64,000 bases of DNA from a bacterium BMS3Abin11. GTDB lineage: Bacteria > Pseudomonadota > Gammaproteobacteria > BMS3Bbin11. The DNA is taken from contig BDTD01000009.1 in assembly GCA_002897635.1 (NCBI GenBank), positions 54,754-118,753 on the forward strand, given 5' to 3'. Shown in pieces: positions 30,268 to 42,682 of this stretch. Position 1 is the stretch's first letter, and each line of letters begins with the position of its first letter. The position numbers and the translations under genes were made by a program. The notes below the pieces were generated by a model, which was not told where the DNA came from, ran no database searches, and saw nothing but the letters and a program-made list of their open reading frames with translations.

Positions 30268-32157
30268 CTAAATCGCCAGCTTTTTGACCTGACGGCCGCC
30301 ATAAATCTTATTGATTATTCCGCGACTGACCATGATTGCGGTAAACATAGAAGTGACAATCCCTATAGACAGGGTGATAGCAAATCCCTTAATCGGTCCG
30401 GTACCAAAGTTAAACAGGACAACCGCCGCGATAAGGGTCGTAACATTTGCATCGACGATAGTTGATAAGGCCTTGTCATAGCCAGCATGTATAGCAGCTT
30501 GAGGGGTGACGCCATTGCGAAGCTCTTCCCGTATGCGTTCAAAAATCAAAACATTTGCATCAACAGCCATGCCTATCGTCAGCAGAATTCCTGCTACACC
30601 GGGTAATGTTAATGTCGCCTGAAACAATGACAATACAGCAACCATCAATATCAGGTTAAGTACCAGCGCGATATCAGCGACTAAACCAAAAATACGATAA
30701 TAAAAAAGCATGAAAATGAGAATTGCGACTAAACCGTACGCGACGGAAAGGAAGCCAGTACGAATATTTTCTTTACCCAGGCTAGGGCCGATAGTTCGCT
30801 CTTCAACAATCTCTATCGGTGCAGCCAGAGCGCCTGCACGTAATAATAATGCAAGATCACGTGCCTCCTTACTACTGTCAAGGCCTTCGATCTGAAAGCG
30901 CTTACCCAGCTGGTCACGAATGACAGGTGCTGTTATGACTTCCTCTATGCGACTTCTTACTCTTACAGGGCGTCCGCTTTTATCAACAACCACATTACCC
31001 TGCTCATCTTTCTTGATTGAACTCTTCTGTTCAACGTAGACCACCGCCATTCGCTTTCCGATGTTTTCACCTGTTATGCGCTGATTTATCGAAGCACCAC
31101 GTGCATCCAGAGTAATGTTGACCACAGCACCGCCATTTCTTGAGTCGATGCCGGCCGATGCGTCAATGATGTTGTTACCAGAATAGATAATCCCTTTTTT
31201 AATCAGTATAGGCGCATTGTGGCGATCACGATAAAGGCGTGAGCCAACCGGCACACGGCCTTCGAGTGCAGCCTGTATGTTGCCGCTGTTTTTCTCATCC
31301 ACCATCATTATTTCAAGTGTTGCCGTACGACCGATAATTTCTTTTGCTCTGGCAGTATCCTGAATGCCCGGTAACTGGACGACAATACGATTATCACCCT
31401 GCTGCTGCACTATGGGTTCTGCGACACCGAGTTCATTAATTCGATTTCTTAGCGCCGTCATGTTCTGTTTGACTGAGGTATCCCTGATTTCTCTTTTGGC
31501 CTTTTCAGTCAGATGCAGAATCAGTGCTGGCTTACCATCTCGTTCAACTTCCTTGGCTGACAGACTGGTAAAATCATCTTTTATCGTGTTAAGGCCCTGA
31601 GTGAGTCGCTCCTGATCAGGGAAAAGCACCTGTATGCCGCCAGTTTTTAAGCTCGCCACACTCAGATAACGTATCTTATTCTCCCGCATACCTGAACGCA
31701 GATCAGAAACCAGGCGCTTTTCTGTATTACTGATCGCGCCGTCTATGTCGACTTCCATCAGAAAATGGACACCACCACGAAGGTCAAGTCCAAGATACAT
31801 GGGTTTGGCATCAAAGATCGCCATCCAGGCAGGAGTTGCCGGAACAAGGTTCAGAGCAACGGTATATTTATCACCCAATTCCTTTTCAACGACCTCTTTT
31901 GCTTTCAGCTGATCATCGGTGTTCTTGAATCGTAGCTGTATACCACTTTCCTGTCTTACCAGGCCGTAAAAAGAAATTTTCTTGTCAGTTAACGCGCTTT
32001 TAATCTGCTGTTCTGTGCCTTCATCAATCACAGCAGTACGTGTAGCTGAGATCTGTAGTGCAGGATCTTCACCATACAGATTTGGTAATGCATACAAAAA
32101 GCCCGGGATGATGACAGCCAGGATAAGCAGATATTTCCACAGTGGATACTTATTCAT
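30268..32157 (-). CDS. secD: protein translocase subunit SecD
   Basis: 629 aa, LGLDLRGGVHF motif, large periplasmic domain, C-terminal TM bundle. Confidence 0.95.
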   Translation of the reverse strand: MNKYPLWKYLLILAVIIPGFLYALPNLYGEDPALQISATRTAVIDEGTEQQIKSALTDKKISFYGLVRQESGIQLRFKNTDDQLKAKEVVEKELGDKYTVALNLVPATPAWMAIFDAKPMYLGLDLRGGVHFLMEVDIDGAISNTEKRLVSDLRSGMRENKIRYLSVASLKTGGIQVLFPDQERLTQGLNTIKDDFTSLSAKEVERDGKPALILHLTEKAKREIRDTSVKQNMTALRNRINELGVAEPIVQQQGDNRIVVQLPGIQDTARAKEIIGRTATLEIMMVDEKNSGNIQAALEGRVPVGSRLYRDRHNAPILIKKGIIYSGNNIIDASAGIDSRNGGAVVNITLDARGASINQRITGENIGKRMAVVYVEQKSSIKKDEQGNVVVDKSGRPVRVRSRIEEVITAPVIRDQLGKRFQIEGLDSSKEARDLALLLRAGALAAPIEIVEERTIGPSLGKENIRTGFLSVAYGLVAILIFMLFYYRIFGLVADIALVLNLILMVAVLSLFQATLTLPGVAGILLTIGMAVDANVLIFERIREELRNGVTPQAAIHAGYDKALSTIVDANVTTLIAAVVLFNFGTGPIKGFAITLSIGIVTSMFTAIMVSRGIINKIYGGRQVKKLAI

Positions 32158-32169
32158 AGGTTTTCCAGG

Positions 32170-32499
32170 TCAGGCTGACTTGATTGTTCCTTTTGGCATC
32201 AGCGCCTGAATGGCTGTCCGCTGTACCTTGATTTCCACACCTGTAGCAACTTCTACTGTGACAAATGATTCACCAACCCCGGTAACTTTACCAAGGGTAC
32301 CGCCATTGGTAACCACTTCATCGCCTTTAGCAATGGCTTCGGTCATTTTTTTGTGCTCTTTTGCCCGTTTCTGTTGTGGGCGAATAAGCAGAAAATAAAA
32401 CACTACAAAAATACCACCGAGGAATATGATTTGCATGAAACCGCCCTGCTGAGGCGCACCGGCAGCCTGTGCGTAGGCATCAGATATAAATAAACTCAT
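32170..32499 (-). CDS. yajC: preprotein translocase subunit YajC
   Basis: 109 aa, a single TM then the KGDEVVTNGG...G.V motif. Confidence 0.9.
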   Translation of the reverse strand: MSLFISDAYAQAAGAPQQGGFMQIIFLGGIFVVFYFLLIRPQQKRAKEHKKMTEAIAKGDEVVTNGGTLGKVTGVGESFVTVEVATGVEIKVQRTAIQALMPKGTIKSA

Positions 32500-32599
32500 G
32501 GTTAACTCCAGTCACATTTTCGAGGAAACGTCTGTTTGTTTCCCTGAAATAATCAAAACAAGGGGATAAGGCAACAGCCCCAGTATAAAAACAGCGGGA

Positions 32600-34754
<2,155 letters not shown>

Positions 34755-34852
34755 GACAGGATATTGTGGAGCGCGAATTCTACCGCAGCACGCACAGCTG
34801 CGATAGACTATACTTGCCCATCACACAGATTCCGATATACTTCGCTTCCACT

Positions 34853-34938
34853 GCCGGAGTGGTGGAATTGGTAGACACGCGAGATTCAAAATTTCGTGGG
34901 CTTTGCTCGTGTCGGTTCGAGTCCGACCTTCGGTACCA
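34853..34938 (+). tRNA. tRNA-Leu (anticodon CAA)
   Basis: GCCGGAGTGGTGGAATTGGTAGACAC... D-arm, anticodon loop TTCAAAA, long variable arm, T-arm GGTTCGAGTCC, acceptor ending CGGTACCA. 86 nt. The AT-rich accessory block begins just downstream. Confidence 0.85.
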
Positions 34939-35054
34939 ATAATTTATTGCCCGAGTATCTCCAGCTATAACTAAGGTCTGTACACACAGCTGCAGAAGTA
35001 CCTAAAACAATAGTGCAGGATCGCTATGCATGAGAAGTATTTTATTATGCGCCC

Positions 35055-36770
35055 TTAACGCTGAGAAATGGCATTTTTTTTACTTCGCCAACCGCCAACC
35101 AGTTCTGACAGTAGCATAAATCCAGCAATAATGAAGATTAGTAATACTGGATAACCAGGAGACATTGCCCGACCTATCTCAGAGTATGATGTAATCTGGA
35201 TCAGCGTCACGATTATCATGTTGGAGAGTATGGCAGCTAAAGCAGACAGCCCCAGGACGGTAGCAGGTCGTACTTTACACTTGATCAGCTCGTATATACC
35301 TCTGGCAGGAATCAAAAAAATGAACAATATGAAGAACCAGGGTACGAGGTGTCTATAAAAGTTATTCCATATATTACGAATAGTTCTTTTCTTCTTTTCA
35401 CTATTTTTCTTATAAAATTCAGGCCTTAAGGCCTGGATACTTCCTCGATCTACTTCGATTTTTTCATTTGTAACAGTTTCGAATAATTGAAATGTCCGGA
35501 ACCATCCTGCACTGAACTGACCTTCTTTTTTATAGTCAAATTTGTCGAAGGTAACTAGCCGTTTCAGATTATCATAGAATGTCGGAATGAGAAGTTTGGT
35601 AAATTCCTTATGCCAGGGGGGTACAAATGGCGACAGCAAACTTGCACATTCTAGCCTGCCTGAATTACAGGCTTTTTTTAGCTCACCACCCATTCTCTCG
35701 TAAAACTCGAATGTCTGTTTGATCGTTTTTGGGTTTTTTGACTGACTGAAATTGTAATATCCCGCTCGTTGTACGGCATCTCGAAATGCCCAGATAAAAA
35801 ATGCAGCAGGAATATCCACTCGATGGCCCTGCCACTGTTTACCTAAGTTTCCCTCGAGGTACGGTCTCAACTCCTGAAAGGCAGGACTCACTGCATAGGC
35901 TTTTATCCTGGCTTCCTTTACCACCGGATAGAAACGCCTCCAGCTATTTGTCTTGATTCGCAGTAGCCCACTATATGCTGATTCGAATTCGCTAGAATGA
36001 ATCTCCAGTGGCGTAAAGACGCCATAGCTCTGCCAGTTTAAAGTTGCCAGAATCAGCGTAGAGAACCAAACCAGAATCACTGGCGTAACATAGAGAACTG
36101 CTATCCTCCTCAGCTTGTAGCCCCTGTTGACCCAGACGCCATACAGGGTAAAAAATAGCAATACAAGTAAGGATGGAATGATCCATATCGCCTCTTCCCG
36201 AGTATGCCAGAATGCTGATAATGAGAAACCGAGTAATAATGACCAGAGGAATGGTTTACCTTTGCCAGAGAGTGTTCTTGCATATAGCCCGTATGCAGAA
36301 GCAATGACCAATATTGTTAGTGCCGGGTAGATACCTAACCGAAATACACGATCTACAATGATGGTAAAAGGATTAAATAGCAGGAATAAGTAGATTACAA
36401 ATAACCACCCCTTGTGTTTTACATCTGGTGATATTGCAATGATAAATACCACGCAGGCAAGCGCATAGAGTAGCTGCTGTGCGGTCAGTAATGGTATACC
36501 GGCAATATTGCTCATTGCTATCCATATTGGATAGAAAACCCCCTTCATCAGGGTATATTGGCTATACTGGTCGTATCGTCCTAACCAGTCTCCGTTTAGG
36601 ATGTAACTGGCAAGTGTAATAAAGTGGTTATCATCATGTGGTGCAAATACTGCTCTTAGAAGATATACGTCTGAGAGCCAGATTTTGTAGTAGGTGGTGA
36701 TAATGATAGCAATCGCCAGATACACCATACTACGAGAAATTGAAAAGTATTTTTCAGAGGATTGTTCCAT
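35055..36770 (-). CDS. polytopic membrane protein, possible GT-C-type glycosyltransferase
   Basis: 571 aa. About 8 N-terminal TM helices with an early loop motif APHDDNHF, a 220-aa soluble domain, then 3 C-terminal TMs. AT-rich. Last gene of the minus-strand trio. Confidence 0.45.
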   Translation of the reverse strand: MEQSSEKYFSISRSMVYLAIAIIITTYYKIWLSDVYLLRAVFAPHDDNHFITLASYILNGDWLGRYDQYSQYTLMKGVFYPIWIAMSNIAGIPLLTAQQLLYALACVVFIIAISPDVKHKGWLFVIYLFLLFNPFTIIVDRVFRLGIYPALTILVIASAYGLYARTLSGKGKPFLWSLLLGFSLSAFWHTREEAIWIIPSLLVLLFFTLYGVWVNRGYKLRRIAVLYVTPVILVWFSTLILATLNWQSYGVFTPLEIHSSEFESAYSGLLRIKTNSWRRFYPVVKEARIKAYAVSPAFQELRPYLEGNLGKQWQGHRVDIPAAFFIWAFRDAVQRAGYYNFSQSKNPKTIKQTFEFYERMGGELKKACNSGRLECASLLSPFVPPWHKEFTKLLIPTFYDNLKRLVTFDKFDYKKEGQFSAGWFRTFQLFETVTNEKIEVDRGSIQALRPEFYKKNSEKKKRTIRNIWNNFYRHLVPWFFILFIFLIPARGIYELIKCKVRPATVLGLSALAAILSNMIIVTLIQITSYSEIGRAMSPGYPVLLIFIIAGFMLLSELVGGWRSKKNAISQR

Positions 36771-36775
36771 TTTCT

Positions 36776-37642
36776 CTATTTCTCCGATGACACAGTTTGT
36801 CTTCCCTGATCAGTCCTGGCATAACTGAGATAATATTCTTTATAGGAAATAGGTTTGCTAATGCTAAACAGACACTCAAGTTTTATTAATACCTTTGATC
36901 TGTTGACATACATTAGATAATTAAGATATTTTTTGTTGTCCAGATCAGGATGCATAAAGCGTTCCTGACTGGTATCAATATCATACGGATGCAAATAGGT
37001 TGTTATCGGATCACCCAGTTTTAGATGATAACGAGCAGAATAGTTTATTATCGGATAGGGTATGACCCTGAAATATACCCCACCTGCCAGTGGTAGTCGA
37101 AGAAAAGGTATAGCGTGTAGAGTAATTGGTATTTCGTATATACCCTGAACATATTTTGGTTTACGGCCAAATTCTTTCCAGCCAAACAGTGGATTGGCTG
37201 CAGGTAACACTGAACTTGAATATTTGAAGCCAGATTCTGACAGGCATCTATAGGCCCATTGTGTTTGCTCGGTAAGTGAGAAGGTAGGTGCCCGGTATCC
37301 GATCACATCCTCTGCACCTGCAGTATACAATGAGTCAAGATTTCTCCTGACATCTTTAAGAAACTCTTCCGGTGTCTGTTTGTTTATTTGAATATGTTTA
37401 TCGCTATGACAGGCAATCTCATGACCATCTGCTATTATCTCTTTGATCAATGATGGGTATTTTCTCGCCACATTGCCGACGACAAAAAAAGTTGCCTTTG
37501 CATTATGCTGCTGCAGGAATTCCAGATATCGTTGAGTATTTTCAGGAACGCCCTCTCGATATGTGCTGCCATTTAATATCTGATCTCTAACGTCTTCCAG
37601 ATCAATGCTGAAAAGCAAATTCCCTTTATTTTTTCTGTTCAT
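36776..37642 (-). CDS. NodB-family polysaccharide deacetylase with DUF3473-like C-terminal region
   Basis: NodB motifs present: IDLED (Asp pair), HSDKH (His pair), YRAPTF (RxP). Confidence 0.75.
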   Translation of the reverse strand: MNRKNKGNLLFSIDLEDVRDQILNGSTYREGVPENTQRYLEFLQQHNAKATFFVVGNVARKYPSLIKEIIADGHEIACHSDKHIQINKQTPEEFLKDVRRNLDSLYTAGAEDVIGYRAPTFSLTEQTQWAYRCLSESGFKYSSSVLPAANPLFGWKEFGRKPKYVQGIYEIPITLHAIPFLRLPLAGGVYFRVIPYPIINYSARYHLKLGDPITTYLHPYDIDTSQERFMHPDLDNKKYLNYLMYVNRSKVLIKLECLFSISKPISYKEYYLSYARTDQGRQTVSSEK

Positions 37643-37693
37643 ATGGCCTTCAGCTATAACACGCTGTCGCTGTGAAAGAACGTAGGTTTGTTA

Positions 37694-38566
37694 TCAGTCT
37701 ACGCTACTCCTACGTATCAGGGACAGTTGTTCGGCAAGTAAGCCCAGCAAAAAAAACAATATTCCTGTAATGGTTAGAAGCAATGTACCGGCCTGGACAC
37801 CCTCACCTCTAAGCAGAAAGGGTAAACCCCAGATGATGCCGGCCAGAACAAAAATAATTGCAAGTGGTAGAAATATCCTGTTTGGATTAAATAATATAAC
37901 AATATTCAAAATCTCCAAAATTGTATCCAGTGCTGTCCTTGTATTTATAGTGCTAGTACCTGATATCCGGGACCTGATCTGTATGTCCTTCTCCAGTACA
38001 AGATGTTTTTGATTGATAAACACGAGAGTGATGATGTCGCTATATGCCATAGTATCCGGACATAAACGGATATATTTCTTGGCCAGATCAGATCTGTACA
38101 CTTTCATACCAGAGTTAAGATCAGTAATTTGAAAGGACATCAGTAATTTTGCAATACTACGAATCATGAATTTACCGAAACGTCGGTACCTGGAACCTTG
38201 ATGACTATCTCTCTTACCAATAACCATATCTGCATCAGTCACCATGAGATAATTAAACAACATTCCGATATCATCAAGAGAATGCTGTCCATCTGCATCA
38301 ACAGTGATCAGGAATTCTGTGTCAACCCTTTCAATGGCTGTCTTGATTGCGCTGCCATAGCCCCTGTTTATTTTGTGATGTATAACTGTCAGCATGTCAC
38401 CCTGATCAGCAGCATCAAGAATTTCCCCTGTAGTATCTGACGAGCCATCATTGACAACAATAAGCTTGTAACCATTTTTTCCGCAATACTCGCACATATC
38501 TTCAAGAAATGTAGGTAGCGACCCTTCTTCGTTGAATGCGGGAACAATTATCGTTAGATCTTTCAA
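37694..38566 (-). CDS. GT2 polyprenyl-phosphate sugar synthase (ArnC/GtrB/DPM1-like)
   Basis: IIVPAFNEEGSL...VVNDGSSD...DADGQH GT-A motifs plus two C-terminal TM helices, typical of Und-P-sugar synthases. Confidence 0.8.
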   Translation of the reverse strand: MKDLTIIVPAFNEEGSLPTFLEDMCEYCGKNGYKLIVVNDGSSDTTGEILDAADQGDMLTVIHHKINRGYGSAIKTAIERVDTEFLITVDADGQHSLDDIGMLFNYLMVTDADMVIGKRDSHQGSRYRRFGKFMIRSIAKLLMSFQITDLNSGMKVYRSDLAKKYIRLCPDTMAYSDIITLVFINQKHLVLEKDIQIRSRISGTSTINTRTALDTILEILNIVILFNPNRIFLPLAIIFVLAGIIWGLPFLLRGEGVQAGTLLLTITGILFFLLGLLAEQLSLIRRSSVD

Positions 38567-39088
38567 AAAATCTCTTCCTAGTGCGTTTTTTATGTTTTCG
38601 TAATTTTACCCTGATTGATTATCCCTGCAACTATAATTGGTCTAGTCAACTACGACTCAATCTTCTCGAGATGAGTACAGCATGCCTAAAATGCTTTGCG
38701 ACAATTCTGTTTTGTATCGAAACACTGCTGTCCCATAAATCTGCGGAGGGATATCTCAACGACTGAACACACCTGTAGGTTGGGCTGAAGAATGAAGCCC
38801 AACAATGTTTCTTCTGACACGCTGTTGTTGGGCTTCGTCCCTCAGCGCCAACTTACACGAGAATGACTTTTCATGTCTCTTGCCCTCAATTCTGGCCATA
38901 CTTGAGTAGCTGGAACCCTTAAAAAGAGATTAGGGTGTTTTTTATGGGACAGTAATGGTATCGAAACTAACCAGTGACTAGAAGTTTTCGAACGTCATAA
39001 AAAACTGATTTACGCTTTACCCTGTGAAAACAGGTGGTTTATACTTCCAGCACCTCCTGGGTGCCGTCCCATTCACTGGATTATTTCC

Positions 39089-40903
39089 ATGTCTTTAAAT
39101 AACAAGTACGTCACCTTCCTGCTTTCTGTTTCGATATTTATCTTATTCTTTAGCTTTTTTTTTATTACATCTAATATTCTACCTCAGGGTGCAGGCCCAG
39201 ACTGGAAATCGAATACCGATGTAACAAAATTTATCTATGAAAATGGCAGGCTGGCAGTTCTCCCTGATGACGAAAAGGATTTGCACTTCACGGTTTATGG
39301 TGGCACGCGGGCACTAAGACCGCCCCTTTCCTATATCGTGTCCGCAGTTGCTGCAAAAGCTCTTGCATTCACCAATCTTGATTCATATGTGCTGTTTCGC
39401 AAAGGATCCGCACTTTTATGTGCCTTAGCCCTGGCTCTAACATTTTATGCTCTGAGTATTTACTTTAACAGTTATGCAATTGGGATTTTGGGCTCCACAA
39501 TTATAGGTCTAATGCCGCAATTCACTTTCATTGCTTCATATAATAATGATGACAGCGGTGCAATTTTCTCTGCCACACTTATGATTGCCGTGCTGGTTCG
39601 TATATACCGTTATGGGGCATCAAATACCAATGCAATTTTACTCGGCCTTGCTGGCGGACTAGTCGTGCTTTCAAAGATGACTGCATGGCTATTAATGCCA
39701 TCTGTCGTTCTATTTCTAATCATTTTCTTCCGGTCTCCTGTGCGCTCACTACTGCGTTACGCCTCCATTGCAGGAGTGGTCTTTATTCTAGCTGGCGGCT
39801 GGTGGTTTGCGTTTAACACCTATCACTATGGGATCGATGATCCACTGCTGAAAAAAATTACCACCACAGTAATAGAGCAGCACAGGCGTCTGCCACCGGG
39901 TTCAGGTGTAGGATTTGCCGCACAGGGAATAGGCTTTTATGAATTATTTGCTGAAAACTATAAAAATTTCCTCGGCGAAACGGCTAAGGCAACCATCGGT
40001 AATCTGGACTGGCTAAAGCTAAAAGTTGGCCCGCTACAGTACACTGTCTATCTGGGTATTTTCTTTTTTGCCCTGTTCTATTATTTTTTCAGCCTATCGG
40101 CATATCTGATAAAACGATTCAGGAATGTAACCGTAAATGATGAACATACCAGGCAGTTAATATTCGAATCACTGCTGCTGTTGATGATAGTTTTTCAGAT
40201 AACCATGTATACCTGGACCAATATCAATAATGATATACAGATACAGGGAAAATACATCATCCCTATTTTTCTTGCCATCCTGCTTTTATTCTTTTCCGGA
40301 ATATATCGATTACCGGGAGTGACCGCCGTTTCAATCAGGAAATTGTCTGAATCGGGTTTCCCTGTAAACGCTTCAAATACTGGCAGGTTTGGTGTATTTT
40401 TGGCAAGCCTGATGTTTATTGTCTATGTACACTGGGATGCATGGCAGAATTATATCATCCCATTTTATCAACCACCTGCGTATGATATAAAGCTGGGAGA
40501 ATTTCATTCTATTCCACTAAATTTAGATCTGAACCAGCGCGCAGATAATCTGGATATACGAGAAACCGGTGGAGGTATTGAGTATATTTCCACAGGTAAA
40601 GACCCAAAAGTCATCTTTAAAAAGGATATCTGCCAGAAGATTTCAACAACATCGATGTTATATCTTGAGTTTAATGCAAAGAATGCAGACACCCTCCAGT
40701 TCTTCATCGATGAAGGTGGAGGTTTTTCGGCGAATATTTCATCCACTGCTACTTATAAACAGGGAGACAACACCCTTTTGCTCCCAATTTCAGCTAACAA
40801 GTGTCAATATCTGCGTTTCGATCCATTTATCGAAAATGGGACATTCATCCTGAAGAAATTTAAGATTGCACCAATGACGATTGTCCCAAGACGAAAGAAT
40901 TAA
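39089..40903 (+). CDS. GT-C glycosyltransferase of the ArnT/PMT (GT39/GT83) type
   Basis: 604 aa. First-loop DDEKDLHF and RPPLSY motifs, about 12 TM helices, a C-terminal about 150-aa soluble domain. Divergent from the GT2-deacetylase operon. Contains a T9 tract near the 5' end. Confidence 0.7.
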   Translation: MSLNNKYVTFLLSVSIFILFFSFFFITSNILPQGAGPDWKSNTDVTKFIYENGRLAVLPDDEKDLHFTVYGGTRALRPPLSYIVSAVAAKALAFTNLDSYVLFRKGSALLCALALALTFYALSIYFNSYAIGILGSTIIGLMPQFTFIASYNNDDSGAIFSATLMIAVLVRIYRYGASNTNAILLGLAGGLVVLSKMTAWLLMPSVVLFLIIFFRSPVRSLLRYASIAGVVFILAGGWWFAFNTYHYGIDDPLLKKITTTVIEQHRRLPPGSGVGFAAQGIGFYELFAENYKNFLGETAKATIGNLDWLKLKVGPLQYTVYLGIFFFALFYYFFSLSAYLIKRFRNVTVNDEHTRQLIFESLLLLMIVFQITMYTWTNINNDIQIQGKYIIPIFLAILLLFFSGIYRLPGVTAVSIRKLSESGFPVNASNTGRFGVFLASLMFIVYVHWDAWQNYIIPFYQPPAYDIKLGEFHSIPLNLDLNQRADNLDIRETGGGIEYISTGKDPKVIFKKDICQKISTTSMLYLEFNAKNADTLQFFIDEGGGFSANISSTATYKQGDNTLLLPISANKCQYLRFDPFIENGTFILKKFKIAPMTIVPRRKN

Positions 40904-40924
40904 TAGAGGGGCCCTTCAGTCTTA

Positions 40925-41398
40925 CTACTTTCTTTTATCCAGGAAGAATGTCTTTAACAAGCTTGAACATTCCTGCTGTAATACACCGGTCGTCACGGTG
41001 ACACGATGATTCAAATGTGGAGAATTCAATAAATTAAACACACTACCTGCCGATCCCGTGCGTGGATCAGGTGTTGCGATAACGATACGCCTGATTCTTG
41101 CTTGCACAATGGCACCTGCACACATTGGGCAAGGTTCAAGCGTGACATAGAGGGTGGTATCAGGTAAACGATAATTATTGAGCTGTTTTGCAGCATCACG
41201 TAAAGCGAGTATTTCTGCATGGGCAGTAGGGTCATCTGCTGATATTGGCTGGTTCCATCCTTGTCCGATGCATTGATTGTCAGAATTAACCAGCACCGCA
41301 CCAACCGGTACTTCTTCGTGCGCTGCTGCAATTTTTGCCAGCTCCCAGGCTTTGTTCATCCAGTCTAGGTCGATATCGTCACTCTCTTCTGGAAACAT
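40925..41398 (-). CDS. tadA: tRNA-specific adenosine deaminase
   Basis: HAEILALR...PCPMCAGA CDA zinc motifs. Starts at the internal MFPEESDD Met of the longer ORF. Confidence 0.9.
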   Translation of the reverse strand: MFPEESDDIDLDWMNKAWELAKIAAAHEEVPVGAVLVNSDNQCIGQGWNQPISADDPTAHAEILALRDAAKQLNNYRLPDTTLYVTLEPCPMCAGAIVQARIRRIVIATPDPRTGSAGSVFNLLNSPHLNHRVTVTTGVLQQECSSLLKTFFLDKRK

Positions 41399-41399
41399 C

Positions 41400-41745
41400 T
41401 TACTCCCACTCGAGATTATAAATAGCCCGACAAAGTCCATTACTAGCGCGGGTTTCCCAGTGGCCGATGGTGCGCGCCAGATGGGTAAGCTCGGCGCTGG
41501 TGGGCGCCTTGACCCAGCGGAACCGGGTGCTTCCATCGGAATGGTCAGTGTACACACCATCGAGGAACAACATATGGAAATGGATATTCAGATTGAGTGC
41601 CGAGCCAAACCGCTGGATGAGGGTGACCGCCCCGGTCCGGGCTGTCTTTTTTGTCAAGCCCGCTTTCTTGATCAGATGGGTGGCAATCACACGGTAGACA
41701 ATGCCGAGCACCCCGCCCGTGACGGCCGGGTGGATTACCAGGGTG
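41400..41745 (-). pseudogene. IS91-family (HUH Y2 rolling-circle) transposase internal fragment
   Basis: ...VYRVIATHLIKKAGLTKKTARTGAVTLIQRFGSALNLNIHFHMLFLDGVY... matches my memory of the IS91-family catalytic region. It is truncated at both ends. High G+C begins here. Confidence 0.55.
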
Positions 41746-42682
41746 CCCGACTGTTGCTGAGGCACAGATCTACCAGGTCGTCGAGGCGCGCGGTCCCGGC
41801 ACACATCACGGTATCCGCGCCACCCCAGTAAATCTTTACGCCGCCGTCGTCATCCGCGACTGCACCGCAGGTAAAAACGACGTTGTGTACATAGCCCGTG
41901 ATCTCCCAGGGATCCTCTGGGGCTAGCACCCATTCATCCGAAACGCCGATAATCTTCGCCGGATTGGCAAGATCGTGCAGCGCCACGCCGAGACGATAGA
42001 CTGCCCCGTCCATGGTCTCGAATACCCCGTGGTAGATGCTGAGCCAGCCGCGTTCGGTGCGGATCGGTGTCGCACCGGGACCGATCTTCGACTCGTCCCA
42101 GTGATACGGCACCGGCTTCATCACCACCTCGGAATCGCCCCAGTGCACCAGGTCCGGCGACCATGACAGCCACACGGACCAGGGGCTGATCTCCGAATGC
42201 GGTCGGTCCAGGCGGGCGTAGCGGCCGTTGAACCGCTGCGGAAAGATAACGACATTGCGCATGTCCGCCTGGGTGATCAACGCCACGCGCTCAATGGATC
42301 GGAAATCACAGGTCCTGGCCAGCCCGATACGCACACCGTGGCGCGAATAGGCGCTGTAGGTAATCAGGTATTCCCCGTCTATACACGAGATTCTGGGGTC
42401 CTCCACCCCAAAAGCCTCGTATTCACCAAAGGCGCCATCTGTCGACGGCACCAGGAACGGCTCCGGGCCGACCGTAAATTTGAAGCCGTCCTCACTCTCG
42501 GCGATGCCGATGATCGACCGGCCGCTACGCAGGTGGGATCGAAACAGCATGATGGTGCGGCCGTCGTATTGTGTCATGCCGGCGTTGTGCACGGTCTCCA
42601 CCGGGTAGGGGATGTCGTCCCGCGTAAGGATCGGGTTGTCCGGACAGCGTTCGATGATTGGCGGTGGTTTAGCTGCGGTCAT
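41735..42682 (-). CDS. GH130 family glycoside hydrolase / beta-mannoside phosphorylase-like
   Basis: Five-bladed beta-propeller GH130/DUF377 signature (NPIL...DIPY, FNAG, EDPRI, YSAY, PWE). The start ATG is preceded by GGAGG. Overlaps the upstream gene's stop by 14 nt. Confidence 0.75.
   Translation of the reverse strand: MTAAKPPPIIERCPDNPILTRDDIPYPVETVHNAGMTQYDGRTIMLFRSHLRSGRSIIGIAESEDGFKFTVGPEPFLVPSTDGAFGEYEAFGVEDPRISCIDGEYLITYSAYSRHGVRIGLARTCDFRSIERVALITQADMRNVVIFPQRFNGRYARLDRPHSEISPWSVWLSWSPDLVHWGDSEVVMKPVPYHWDESKIGPGATPIRTERGWLSIYHGVFETMDGAVYRLGVALHDLANPAKIIGVSDEWVLAPEDPWEITGYVHNVVFTCGAVADDDGGVKIYWGGADTVMCAGTARLDDLVDLCLSNSRAPW

Noticed and set aside
41735-41804. Possibility that the IS91 fragment and the GH130 gene overlap as functional nested genes
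   Set aside because: The IS91-like ORF start is an artefact of an open frame running into the GH130 3' end. Homology begins only at about 41745, so this is a junction and not a real overlap.
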